Shown here one piece after another: positions 45,224-54,756 of a stretch of DNA of 64,000 bases; positions within the stretch are counted from its first letter, which is position 1; the number at the start of each line of letters is the position of its first letter. The translations under genes were made by a program, and so were the position numbers. Source of the stretch: an uncultured Candidatus Saccharibacteria bacterium (GTDB lineage Bacteria; Patescibacteriota; Minisyncoccia; Phycocordibacterales; WO2-35-19). The notes under the pieces were generated by a model. It worked only from the letters and a program-made list of their open reading frames with translations. It was not told the DNA's origin and did not search any database. The stretch is from positions 33,760 through 97,759 of the forward strand of contig CAZVUY010000002.1 of the NCBI GenBank assembly GCA_964630525.1, in the 5' to 3' direction.

Positions 45224-47641
45224 ATGACATTTAGACAACTTCAAAAAATATCTTCTGCGCACCACTACCCGCTTTGGCTTGATAAATATTTCCCCAAGCT
45301 TGCCCGTAGTGTTTTGAGGAAACTATTTTCATTGGCGGCCGCTTTGGCTTTCATCTTTTCTTTTGATTCATTGCCCCTCTATTTTGGTAGCGCTGATGGA
45401 CTATTCTTCCTTTTTGCCGATCTCTACTTGATACTCTTTTTTCTCGAGATGTTTTACCGTTCGATGAAAGGTAAAGGAGTGAGGACTAGGGTCAGAGACA
45501 AACTTTCGGCGGATGGTTTGGAAGTGGATTATGCGCTTTCAAGTATTATTTTTGAAACAGACGAGATCGATGTGACCAGAGCCCTACTTGAAACAGCTAT
45601 TGGGCAACAGGTCTTGTTGCGTGCGGGGGTGGCTGAGTCGGATTGTCGGGATTTTGTTTATGGCAAGCGCTCACCGGTGCTCGCTACCTCTCTCCACTTG
45701 GAAGGCGAGGCAATAAATCTGGAGGAATACGTGGTGGCTGTCTACGAAGCGGATCGCTCGCTCCAATCTTTCCTTGCTTCTTATGGTGTCAGCAAAGAAG
45801 AGTTTAGAGGGGCGGCTCGCTGGGTGATGTCGCTTTCAGAACGTATGCGACGCGCGGAGCGTTTTTGGAGTCGAGAAAATTTGGGGTCGATTCCTTCGGT
45901 CGGCAAAAGCTGGTCTTATGGGGAAGCGGCTGATTTGGGCAAATATAGTAGCACATTCCTTTCTTCGCATGACATTTCTTTTTTGGATATTGAAAATGGT
46001 TATCGTGAGCGTGAGGTTTCTTTGCTTGAAAATATTTTGGAAAGGCAAGCTGAAGCCAATGCAGTCATTATCGATGATGATGAGGGTGTGGCGCGAGACA
46101 TTGTCGGCCGGCTCCTCAAAAAGATTAAATTAGGGTCGGCGCTACCCCCGATCGAACATAAAAATATTTTTGAACTCGAGTGGAATTTGTTGGTGGCTGA
46201 TTTCAAGAGCAAAACCGAATTAGAAAGGGAATTACTCAAGATATTGGATCAATCGGCAATGGCTGGCAATATTATTCTTTATGTTAGAGATCTGGTCGGC
46301 TTCGTGGGTAGCTGCAAAGGGCTTGGGGTGAACTTACCTTCTATTTTGGAACCATATTTGGCTTCACCAGTCCTACAGATCATCGCTTCGGTGACCAACA
46401 CTGATTTTCATTATTTTATCGAGACCAGTCCGGCTTTGTTGCAAAAATTTGAACGGGTGATTCCGGACAGGGTGGGGGCCGAGGCTTCGCTGCCAGTTTT
46501 GTTTGAACAGGTAGCCAATATAGAAAAAGAATCTTCGCTGCAGTTTTCTTATCCAGCGGTTTGGGCACTTGCCACTTCAGCGGAGCGCTTCAGTACTTAT
46601 GGCGAAATGCCAGGGAAGGCTCTCGATCTTCTTTTTGAGATCACTCCTTATGCTATTAGCAAAGGAATCAAAATACTGAGAGAAAAAGAAGTTATGATTT
46701 TTGTTTCTGAAAAGACAGGGGTAGCACAGGGTATAGTCAAAGACAGTGAGCTCGAGCAGATAGCTCATCTTGAAGAAGTTCTTCATAAGAGGGTGGTTGG
46801 TCAGGAAGAGGCGATCAATAGTATTGCAAGTGCTATGAGGCGAGCTCGTTCGGGAATCAACAATCCGAAGCGACCGCTCGCCTCGCTACTCTTTCTGGGG
46901 CCGACCGGTGTAGGCAAAACAGAAGTCACCAAAGCTCTCGCGGAAAACTTTTTTGGTGGCGAAAGCAAGATGATCCGATTCGATATGTCTGAATATAGCG
47001 GGGCTGATGCTCTCAATATTTTGACTGGTGATTTCGCAGCGAGCAAAAGTGGAGTGCTCGCCAACAAGGTGAGGGATGCGGGGACGGGGGTGCTCTTGTT
47101 AGACGAATTTGAAAAGGCTTCTCAGGAAGTTTTGGACCTATTTCTCCAGCTGCTCGATGAAGGCCTCTTCACTGATGCGCTCGGCAAGCCGGTCAACTGT
47201 CGCAATTTTATAATAATCGCTACCTCGAACGCTGGTAGTACCGATATCTGGCGAGTGGTCAGAGAAGGTGGAGAGCTTGGCGCAGAGCGCAACAATATTT
47301 TGAATAAAATTATCGAATCCAAAGTTTTCAAACCAGAACTCCTGAATCGTTTTGACGGAGTGGTGCTTTTCCGACCACTGGTGAATGATGAACTTTTGGG
47401 GGTAGCCAAGATTGGTTTGCAAAAATTGGCCGATAGGCTTAAAGAGAAGGATATCGAATTGATCATAAGCGATAGTTTGGTGAATTATCTGGTAGAAAAA
47501 GGGGCCGATCCGCAATTTGGTGCTCGAGCAATCAACCGCTTCATCCAAGAAAAAGTAGAAGACCTGATCGCCCGCAAAATGCTCAGTGGGGAAGCGGGGC
47601 CGGGGAGTGTTTTAGAAATAAAAACGAGCGAACTGGAATAA
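45224..47641 (+). CDS. membrane-anchored ClpA/B-like AAA+ ATPase with degenerate first module
   Basis: N-terminal TMs; D1 Walker A replaced (DDDEGVARD); D2 intact ([31 protein letters not shown]). Confidence 0.88.
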   Translation: MTFRQLQKISSAHHYPLWLDKYFPKLARSVLRKLFSLAAALAFIFSFDSLPLYFGSADGLFFLFADLYLILFFLEMFYRSMKGKGVRTRVRDKLSADGLEVDYALSSIIFETDEIDVTRALLETAIGQQVLLRAGVAESDCRDFVYGKRSPVLATSLHLEGEAINLEEYVVAVYEADRSLQSFLASYGVSKEEFRGAARWVMSLSERMRRAERFWSRENLGSIPSVGKSWSYGEAADLGKYSSTFLSSHDISFLDIENGYREREVSLLENILERQAEANAVIIDDDEGVARDIVGRLLKKIKLGSALPPIEHKNIFELEWNLLVADFKSKTELERELLKILDQSAMAGNIILYVRDLVGFVGSCKGLGVNLPSILEPYLASPVLQIIASVTNTDFHYFIETSPALLQKFERVIPDRVGAEASLPVLFEQVANIEKESSLQFSYPAVWALATSAERFSTYGEMPGKALDLLFEITPYAISKGIKILREKEVMIFVSEKTGVAQGIVKDSELEQIAHLEEVLHKRVVGQEEAINSIASAMRRARSGINNPKRPLASLLFLGPTGVGKTEVTKALAENFFGGESKMIRFDMSEYSGADALNILTGDFAASKSGVLANKVRDAGTGVLLLDEFEKASQEVLDLFLQLLDEGLFTDALGKPVNCRNFIIIATSNAGSTDIWRVVREGGELGAERNNILNKIIESKVFKPELLNRFDGVVLFRPLVNDELLGVAKIGLQKLADRLKEKDIELIISDSLVNYLVEKGADPQFGARAINRFIQEKVEDLIARKMLSGEAGPGSVLEIKTSELE

Positions 47642-47646
47642 AAAAT

Positions 47647-47681
47647 GCCCCACCCCCAACCCCTCCCCAAAGGGGAGGGGA
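47647..47681. repeat. C-rich/G-rich REP-like hairpin
   Basis: ccccacccccaacccctccccaaaggggagggg; a related reverse-oriented sequence lies at 41381-41404. Confidence 0.55.
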
Positions 47682-47811
47682 AAAACACAAAAAATCATTT
47701 CTTTGATCGGAATAGATAAAACAAAATATTTTTTACTTTCCAAAAAATGGCTCAGTTGAGCCATTTTTTGGTTACCAAACCAAACAAAATGCATTTTTCG
47801 TGTCAAAATCC

Positions 47812-48084
47812 TTGACAATATTTGTGGTTGTGCTACACTATTTCCAGTTAGCTTTTTCAATTTTGTTTGAATTTTTCGTTCGCAAGGAGTCAGTATGAGT
47901 CACCACGCAAACCGGGTTGGCCCGGCGACCACCGTCGCCACCAGCCATAAGATAACGGCCTGAACTGCCGGCGCCGGGCCGCGAGCGACCAAAAGGTCGC
48001 TCGCGGCCAGCGAAAATGAAGATGGTGTTTACCCCAAGCCCCGCCCCCAAGTCTAAATGACAAGGGAGCCGGGGCTTTTTATTT
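47812..48084 (+). other. mini transcription unit: promoter, SD, 22-codon ORF (47895-47963), perfect 14-bp hairpin, terminator
   Basis: TTGACA-16-(TG)TACACT; AAGGAG; MSHHANRVGPATTVATSHKITA; ggccgcgagcgacc-aaaa-ggtcgctcgcggcc; aagcccc...ggggctttt. Confidence 0.45.
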
Positions 48085-48096
48085 GCTATATTTTGT

Positions 48097-48256
48097 TTGA
48101 CACAAATTTTTATTTTGCTATTATTTTTCTCATGACCAAGAGCTTCCTCTTCGAGTCACCAGCGTCGGTTTGCTCCGGCTAAGCCACTTACGGCTTTAGG
48201 AGTAATCCGATGCCCACCCCGCCCCTCTTATGGTACCTACCCAGAGAGGGGTTTTT
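48097..48256 (+). other. second mini transcription unit upstream of dus
   Basis: TTGACA-16-(TG)TATTAT; leaderless 16-codon ORF at 48132-48182; terminator cccctct...agaggggttttt. Confidence 0.4.
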
Positions 48257-48305
48257 AATTACTCAAGTATGGTTCCGGTAGGGTTTGGGTGTTAGGATAT
48301 TTCAA

Positions 48306-49535
48306 ATGAAAAATTTTTGGAACAAAATGAAAAAGTCCCACGACGCTGAAGCTTTGCGGGATAAACCAATACTTTGCCTTGCTCCCATGGCTGATGTGAC
48401 TGATGCGGCATTCCGCTACATTATCGCTAAACACAGCAAAAATGACAAAGGGTGCCCCTTTGTCATTTGGACAGAATTTGTTTCGGCTGATGGGCTTGCT
48501 TTGGCGCCGGAGGAAGGTCGAAGGAAACTTTTGAAAGATTTGGAGTACAGCGAGATCGAACGGCCGATAGTCGCTCAGTTTTTTACTTCTCGGCCGGAAA
48601 ACATGGAGAAGGTAGCTCGGCTAGCGCTTGAACTTGGGTTTGATGGGGTGGATATCAACATGGGCTGTCCGGACAAGAGTATTGAAAAGCAGGGTGCCGG
48701 TGCTGCTCTCATTAAAAATCCTAGTTTGGCCAAAGAAATCATTTTGGCAGCGAGGCGGGGAGTAAATGATGAGATACCAGTTTCGGTCAAGACCCGGATT
48801 GGATATAACAAAGACGAAATCGAAACTTGGATACCAAATTTGCTAGAAGTTTCTCCGGCTGTCATCACCATTCACGCCCGCACTCGCAAAGAAATGTCAA
48901 AGGTAGCCGCAAGGTGGGAGCATGTGAAGCGAGCAGTTGAGATCAGAGATGAAATACAAAATTTTCCTCCACCACATCCCCAGAAATGCACGGATATTTT
49001 TCTGCTGAAAAATTCCTCGTGCTCGCCTCAGTCAGGCTCGCAAGGCATTTCTGGAGATATGGTTTCAGAAAATTTAAGAAAAACCCTGATTTTCGGCAAT
49101 GGGGATGTGGCAAGTGTAGCAGATGCTTATAAAAAAGCGGAGGAAACAGGAGCAGATGGAGTGATGCTCGGCCGAGCCATTTTCGGCAACCCGTTTCTAT
49201 TTGCTGGTTATGAACCGACTTGGCAGGAGAGGTTAGCGGTACTTGTAGAACATACTTTTTTGTTTGAAAAGAAATTTGGTGGGGTAAACCCTGTAGTAGA
49301 TTTTGGCATAGCACAAAGTGCGGATAAAAGATCCAATGCCAAAATTCACTACGGGGTAAAAAGCTTCGCGGTCATGAAAAAACATTTTAAATCATATTTA
49401 TCTTATGTTTCTCACGCCAAAGAAGATCCCGCTTGGCACCAGGCTGTCAAAAATTTACGCGAAGAATTGATGCTGGCTGAGAGTGCCTTAGCTGTGTCCG
49501 AACTGGTAGAAAAATTTTTGCTCAAGTATAATTAA
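48306..49535 (+). CDS. dus: tRNA-dihydrouridine synthase (with four in-frame palindromic insertions)
   Basis: LAPMADVTD, TEFVS, DINMGCP, PVSVKTRIG, TIHART, GNGDV, ADGVMLGRA and MKKHFKSY motifs. Confidence 0.95.
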   Translation: MKNFWNKMKKSHDAEALRDKPILCLAPMADVTDAAFRYIIAKHSKNDKGCPFVIWTEFVSADGLALAPEEGRRKLLKDLEYSEIERPIVAQFFTSRPENMEKVARLALELGFDGVDINMGCPDKSIEKQGAGAALIKNPSLAKEIILAARRGVNDEIPVSVKTRIGYNKDEIETWIPNLLEVSPAVITIHARTRKEMSKVAARWEHVKRAVEIRDEIQNFPPPHPQKCTDIFLLKNSSCSPQSGSQGISGDMVSENLRKTLIFGNGDVASVADAYKKAEETGADGVMLGRAIFGNPFLFAGYEPTWQERLAVLVEHTFLFEKKFGGVNPVVDFGIAQSADKRSNAKIHYGVKSFAVMKKHFKSYLSYVSHAKEDPAWHQAVKNLREELMLAESALAVSELVEKFLLKYN

Positions 49536-49538
49536 ACT

Positions 49539-49763
49539 ATGGAATTTGATCTGATACCGTTTTTGAGCTTTTCTTTTTCTGCTGCCACTTTGGCCAGGTT
49601 GGTCTTTTATCTGGTGGTTTTGTTTGTCGGTGTCACTTCTGCTATTTTGTTTTTCCACTGGCGCCGCTATGGTCTGTCGAAAGGGGTGATCGCGGTGACC
49701 GAGACCATTTATTTTTCAGTCTGCGTACTGCTTGTCGGAGCCGCTTTTTTGGCACTACCTTAG
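49539..49763 (+). CDS. small membrane protein
   Basis: 74 aa, ILFFHWRRYG between two TMs; leaderless after TATAAT. Confidence 0.75.
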   Translation: MEFDLIPFLSFSFSAATLARLVFYLVVLFVGVTSAILFFHWRRYGLSKGVIAVTETIYFSVCVLLVGAAFLALP

Positions 49764-49780
49764 TATTTTATTATTTTTAT

Positions 49781-49898
49781 GACTTACGCAAAAATAGTTC
49801 TTGAGCGAGATTCCGGAAGCTGCCGGAAAGCTGAGGACAAGGAAATTTTTAGCAAAAAATTTCCGTATCGAGCGAAAGAAACTATTTTGGAGTAAGTC
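49781..49898. mobile_element. MITE-like palindromic element (same family as 43736-43889)
   Basis: gacttacgcaaaaatagt...actattttggagtaagtc termini; shared internal cttgagcgagattcc, gctgaggacaag, aaatttttagcaaaaaattt and cgtatcgagc. Confidence 0.75.
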
Positions 49899-49911
49899 TT
49901 ATTTTTTTGAA

Positions 49912-50445
49912 ATGATTAAATTTGAAGAAGGCGAACAGAATCTCAAAGTGATCCGGAGGCACTGGTTTGTGATATTACCGATCTTGATCGGTACTGTTAT
50001 TTTGGCTCTGGCCCCACTTGTTTTGTTTTATGTTTTCACTTCAGACCTTATCCAGACTGACAATTTTATAGCCAAAGAGAACATTAGCCAATTTCAATCT
50101 TTTGTTGCAGAGTGGCAAACTTTTCTTTATGCCATCTGGCTCCTGTTGCTCTGGACTTTCTTTTTCATCGAGTGGACTGATTATTATCTAGACCTTTGGG
50201 TTATCACCGATCGGCGGATTATTGACGTCGAGCAAAAAGGTTTTTTCCATCGCGAAGTGACCAGCTTTGCTTATAACCAGATTCAAGATATCACTGTCGA
50301 AACCAAGGGTTTACTCGAGACATTTTTAAAATTTGGCACCCTACATATCCAAACTGCCGGTCACAACCGAGATATCATCATCAAATCAGCTCAAAGTCCG
50401 GAAGAGGCTAGGTCTTTGATTTTGAGAATACAAGGGAAATTGTAA
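49912..50445 (+). CDS. bacterial PH-domain (bPH_2) membrane protein
   Basis: IRRHWF, WTDYYLDLWVITDRRIIDVEQKGFFHR, IQDITV and FGTLHIQTAG motifs. Confidence 0.9.
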   Translation: MIKFEEGEQNLKVIRRHWFVILPILIGTVILALAPLVLFYVFTSDLIQTDNFIAKENISQFQSFVAEWQTFLYAIWLLLLWTFFFIEWTDYYLDLWVITDRRIIDVEQKGFFHREVTSFAYNQIQDITVETKGLLETFLKFGTLHIQTAGHNRDIIIKSAQSPEEARSLILRIQGKL

Positions 50446-50929
50446 GCCAAATCGCTCCCAGTAAATAACCAGCCAAAACATCAGAAAGATAATGAACTCC
50501 AAGGTAGAGCCTACTGATACCGATGAGTAAGATCAGTATTGCTAGCAACAAAATCAACGGATTTTTAAAATGGTGTTGATCGTGCTTGTAAGCGAAGTAG
50601 AGGAGGAAGCCGTAGAGGGCGACAGCGATAGTCGCGTGTCCGCTCGGGAAAGAGTGGCTACTTTCCAAATAAAAAGCTTGAGCTGGCCTCGCTTTTCCAA
50701 AAAAATCTTTGATTAAAAATACAGTCGAGGTGCTACCTATAACCGCTAGTAAGAGGGCGGCCGCTTTTTTAAATTCACGGTGCAAAAGAAAAGAAGCGAC
50801 GGAAAAGGTGGCTACCAACGAACTTACTAAGTACCCTCCGGTGTAAGTGACAGTAAGCATCATAAAAGAGAGCCATTCAGTCTGGTAAGTTACAAAAAAG
50901 GAGAGGATGGCAGAATCTATTTGTTCCAT
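50408..50929 (-). CDS. PAP2 family phosphatase
   Basis: KxxxxxxRP, SFPSGH and SRLYLGVHYLSDVLAG motifs. Confidence 0.95.
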   Translation of the reverse strand: MEQIDSAILSFFVTYQTEWLSFMMLTVTYTGGYLVSSLVATFSVASFLLHREFKKAAALLLAVIGSTSTVFLIKDFFGKARPAQAFYLESSHSFPSGHATIAVALYGFLLYFAYKHDQHHFKNPLILLLAILILLIGISRLYLGVHYLSDVLAGYLLGAIWLTISLVFSKSKT

Positions 50930-51002
50930 GGCTCAATTATAAAACAATATTCAATTTTTGACTTCAAGCCGGAAAAACCATACAATGGCTATTTGTTGAC
51001 CC

Positions 51003-51281
51003 ATGGAAGAGAATAATATTGACTTGAAAAATAGTTTAGAGTTAGCCAGGAAGAAATTTTATGTTCTGGCCTTTGAAATTTTTTTGATATTCGGCTTGCC
51101 GGCGGGAGCCGCTTTTTTTCTGGGCAAATATTTGATCGAGAGTCACGGGTTTGGCAAACTAGCTCAGGTCCTGGCTCTAGTAGTTGCTTTCGTGTTGAGT
51201 TGGGTTATTTTCATTTTTAAATTTAGGGAAATTTCTAAGGAGATAGCCGATCTCAAGAACAAGATCGATAAGAAACAATAG
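51003..51281 (+). CDS. AtpZ/AtpI-like small membrane protein
   Basis: Two TMs; first gene of the atp operon. Confidence 0.6.
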   Translation: MEENNIDLKNSLELARKKFYVLAFEIFLIFGLPAGAAFFLGKYLIESHGFGKLAQVLALVVAFVLSWVIFIFKFREISKEIADLKNKIDKKQ

Positions 51282-51286
51282 AACAG

Positions 51287-52072
51287 ATGAATTTTTTACA
51301 AATAAAACAAGAGATACCAACAGTAGCTCCAGAGATCGTTTTTCGGTTGGCCGATTGGCCCATCTCCAATTCTTTTTTGATGTCTGTATTTGTATTGGTA
51401 CTTTTTGTGTTGCTGTCTTTCTACACCAGTCTGGCAGTACGCAAACCTTATGGTTACTTCTTAGCGATGGTTGAGACGGTTTATGAAGTGCTCATCTCTT
51501 TTTTGCGAAAATTAAGCGGTAGCGAACGTGTTGCTAAATTTATTTTGCCCCTCTCGGCCTCGATTTTTATGTTTGTAGCTTTGTCCAATATAATATCGAT
51601 GGTGCCCGGGCTTTCAAGCATCACTTATGACGGAGTACCTATTTTCCGGACGCCCACTTCTGACTTCAACACCACTTTTGGGTTGGCGCTCGGGATGATC
51701 TTCGTCATCAATCTCTTGTCAATCAAAGATTTTGGTCTGATAGAATACATCGGAAAATTCATTCAAATTAAAAATGTAATAAATGGATTTAGAAGCGGTA
51801 TTAAAGATGGGGTCTTTGCTCTTATCAATTTTGGCATAGGCTTACTTGACATAATTTCTGAATTAGCGAAAATAATATCGCTCTCTCTGCGTTTATTTGG
51901 CAACATCTATGCCGGAGAAGTGCTAATTGTGGTTTTGTTTGGAGCCCTGGCTTACATCGTACCCAGTCTTTGGATGTCGATGTCTCTCGTTTTTGGTCTG
52001 GTGCAGGCGATTGTCTTTTCGTCCCTGATCACCGTTTATTATGTCCAATCAAGGAAGCCGGGCGATGACTAA
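51287..52072 (+). CDS. atpB: ATP synthase Fo subunit a
   Basis: RTPTSDFNTT, SLSLRLFGNIYAGE and VQAIVF motifs. Confidence 0.97.
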   Translation: MNFLQIKQEIPTVAPEIVFRLADWPISNSFLMSVFVLVLFVLLSFYTSLAVRKPYGYFLAMVETVYEVLISFLRKLSGSERVAKFILPLSASIFMFVALSNIISMVPGLSSITYDGVPIFRTPTSDFNTTFGLALGMIFVINLLSIKDFGLIEYIGKFIQIKNVINGFRSGIKDGVFALINFGIGLLDIISELAKIISLSLRLFGNIYAGEVLIVVLFGALAYIVPSLWMSMSLVFGLVQAIVFSSLITVYYVQSRKPGDD

Positions 52073-52124
52073 CGAAAATCATCGCGAGAGCTTTTTTATT
52101 GGTTATTAATTTTTAGCAAATCTT

Positions 52125-52358
52125 ATGGAACAAGCAGCTCTTTTGTCAGTAGAAGCGGCCAAGATGATCGCCAAAGGCATCATTGCTTTCTCAATGGTGG
52201 GCACTGCGATCGGTGAAGGTTTGGTGGTGTCTAAAGCCCTTGAATCTATCGGCCGCAATCCAGCCGAGACAGATTCGATCTTTAGCAAAATGATTATCGG
52301 TGTTGCGATGTGTGAATCGACCGCGATTTACGCTTTGGTCATGTTCTTCGTTATCTAA
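52125..52358 (+). CDS. atpE: ATP synthase Fo subunit c
   Basis: AIGEG...GRNP...ESTAIY. Confidence 0.96.
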   Translation: MEQAALLSVEAAKMIAKGIIAFSMVGTAIGEGLVVSKALESIGRNPAETDSIFSKMIIGVAMCESTAIYALVMFFVI

Positions 52359-52361
52359 CAA

Positions 52362-52859
52362 ATGATTGTCGAGATTCTTTCAAAAATAGGTTTTGATTGG
52401 CATCTTGCTCTGGCTAACACAGTCAACTTTTTGGCTATCTTTTTTGTTCTCAAAAAATATTTTTTTAGACCACTCGCGGATAGTCTGGAAAAAAGAAAAC
52501 AAATGGTTAACGACAGTCTAAGTAGTTCTAAACTAGCTGAAGCCAAACTAGCAGAAGCGCTGGAAGAGAAAGATCGTATTATTCTCGAGGCTCACCAAAA
52601 AGCTAAGCGGCTGACTGATAAGGCTGAAGCCAAGGGTGAAGAGATCTTTGCCCACTTCAAAGATGAGGGTGCGCGTGAGAAGGAGAGGCTGATTGCTCTC
52701 GGCGAGACAGAAGTTGCTCGCAAAGAACAAGAAGCCAGAATAATGATCCAAAATGAATCGGCCGAACTTATAGTCTCGGGCGCAGAGAAGCTGATTGGCG
52801 AGGATTTGGACCAAAGTGTTAGAGATGATTTTATGAGAAAAATATCCCAATCAATATGA
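52362..52859 (+). CDS. atpF: ATP synthase Fo subunit b
   Basis: N-terminal TM (VNFL...LKKYFFRPL...R) followed by a coiled coil. Confidence 0.93.
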   Translation: MIVEILSKIGFDWHLALANTVNFLAIFFVLKKYFFRPLADSLEKRKQMVNDSLSSSKLAEAKLAEALEEKDRIILEAHQKAKRLTDKAEAKGEEIFAHFKDEGAREKERLIALGETEVARKEQEARIMIQNESAELIVSGAEKLIGEDLDQSVRDDFMRKISQSI

Positions 52860-53251
52860 TTTCCCACAAAGTGATCGCTGACCTTATCAACGAAGTTGGC
52901 CAGAGTGACAAAGGTGCTGATCAAGCTCAGCAAATTTGGGATTTTCTCAGCAAATATAATTTAGAAACTTTGGTGGAAAAGTCGATCAGGGTACTTGAGC
53001 TAAGGCAAAGAGAAGATTCAAATTTTGAAACCCTCATTATTCGTAGCCATCAAGCCAAAATCGACGAGAGGGTGATCACTAATATCAAAAAAGCTTTGGT
53101 AGTTGACCCAAAAGCTCTAATAAGGATCGAGGTTGACCCACAAGTCAAAGCCGGATTCATAGCTTCTTATCGAGGTAAAATGTTTGACGCTAGACTTGAA
53201 AGTTTGGCTAGAAAAATGTCAAAAACATTAAAAGAAAATTTTGAAAATTAA
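52856..53251 (+). CDS. atpH: ATP synthase F1 subunit delta (short)
   Basis: VDPQVKAGFIASYRGKMFDA; operon position. Confidence 0.85.
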   Translation: MISHKVIADLINEVGQSDKGADQAQQIWDFLSKYNLETLVEKSIRVLELRQREDSNFETLIIRSHQAKIDERVITNIKKALVVDPKALIRIEVDPQVKAGFIASYRGKMFDARLESLARKMSKTLKENFEN

Positions 53252-53254
53252 TTT

Positions 53255-54748
53255 ATGAAGACCGAATCACTAATCAAGAATTTAAAGCAACGCATTCAGG
53301 ATTTCAAATCAAATCCTGAAATTGAAGAAGTCGGTTCGGTAGTCGAGGTGTATGACTCGGTGGTGAAAATTTCTGGTCTGACCAACTGCAAAGCTTCTGA
53401 GATGCTCCAGTTTGAATCAGGAGCGGTTGGCTTGGCACTCAACCTAGAGGAAGATTTGGTTGGAGCGGTTATTTTCGATCAAGCGGCGACCATCAAAGAG
53501 GGCGATATCGTCAAAAGGACAGGGGAAGTATTAAAGGTGCCAGTGGGGGAAGCTTTTTTGGGTAGAGTAGTGGATCCACTTTTGCGACCGATCGATGGGG
53601 CGGGGAGCATTAAACCTTCTGCCGAATACTTGGTAGAACGTAGTGCGCCGGGTGTGATGGAGAGAGAGCCTGTCTCGGTATCTTTGGAAACGGGTATCAA
53701 ATCAGTCGATTCAATGATTCCGATTGGTCGGGGTCAGCGAGAACTAATCATTGGAGACCGTCAGACTGGTAAAACCGCAATCGCTCTCGATACGATCATC
53801 AACCAAAAAGGCAAGGGAGTCATTTGCATCTATGTTGCTATTGGTCAGAAAAAATCAAAAACAGCCAGAGTAGTAAATTTTCTTAAGGAGCACGGTGCTC
53901 TTGATTATACAACTGTTGTTTTGGCTGGTAGCTCAGATGGGGCACCGCTTTCTTTCGTGGCACCATATGCGGCGACGGCTCTCGCGGAGTATTTCATGGA
54001 TCAAAAAAAGGACGTTCTCATTATTTATGACGATCTTTCCAAACACGCAGTGGCTTATCGGGAAATGTCTCTCCTTCTGCGTCGACCACCGGGTCGCGAG
54101 GCTTTTCCTGGAGATGTGTTCTATCTCCACTCAAGACTTCTAGAGAGGTCTTCGAGAAGGTCAGCCGAATTTGGTGGTGGCTCGATCACCGCGCTGCCGA
54201 TCATTGAAACTCAGGCTGGTGATATCAGTGCCTATATTCCGACCAACGTTATTTCTATCACTGATGGTCAAATATTTTTGGAGAGCGCTCTCTTCAATAA
54301 AGGTGTTAGACCAGCCATCAATATCGGACTCTCAGTTTCTCGAGTCGGTAGCGCTGCTCAGATAAAGTCAATGAAAAAAACTTCTGGTCGTATGAAGCTT
54401 GATCTGGCTCAGTTTAGGGAACTAGAAAGTTTTGCTCAATTTGCTAGTGACTTGGACGAGGAGACCAAAAGGGTTATCGAAAAAGGTAAGAAAGTGACCG
54501 AACTTCTAAAGCAGAAAAATGGTGAACCTTTGCGAGTCGGTGCCCAAGTAGTTCTTTTCTTTGCGGTAAATAACGGTTATTTGGATCAAGTTCCACTAGA
54601 CCAGGTTAAGAAGTGGGAGAGCGAGCTGCTGAAACTTTTACTATCATCAGAGGAAAGTTTGTTGCTCGAGATAGAGTCTGGATGGAGTGAAGAGGTGGAG
54701 CAAAAGCTCAAAAATTTCATGGAAGATTTCACTATGCCGACCAAATAA
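53255..54748 (+). CDS. atpA: ATP synthase F1 subunit alpha
   Basis: [40 protein letters not shown] and [11 protein letters not shown] motifs. Confidence 0.99.
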   Translation: MKTESLIKNLKQRIQDFKSNPEIEEVGSVVEVYDSVVKISGLTNCKASEMLQFESGAVGLALNLEEDLVGAVIFDQAATIKEGDIVKRTGEVLKVPVGEAFLGRVVDPLLRPIDGAGSIKPSAEYLVERSAPGVMEREPVSVSLETGIKSVDSMIPIGRGQRELIIGDRQTGKTAIALDTIINQKGKGVICIYVAIGQKKSKTARVVNFLKEHGALDYTTVVLAGSSDGAPLSFVAPYAATALAEYFMDQKKDVLIIYDDLSKHAVAYREMSLLLRRPPGREAFPGDVFYLHSRLLERSSRRSAEFGGGSITALPIIETQAGDISAYIPTNVISITDGQIFLESALFNKGVRPAINIGLSVSRVGSAAQIKSMKKTSGRMKLDLAQFRELESFAQFASDLDEETKRVIEKGKKVTELLKQKNGEPLRVGAQVVLFFAVNNGYLDQVPLDQVKKWESELLKLLLSSEESLLLEIESGWSEEVEQKLKNFMEDFTMPTK

Positions 54749-54756
54749 TTAATGCT

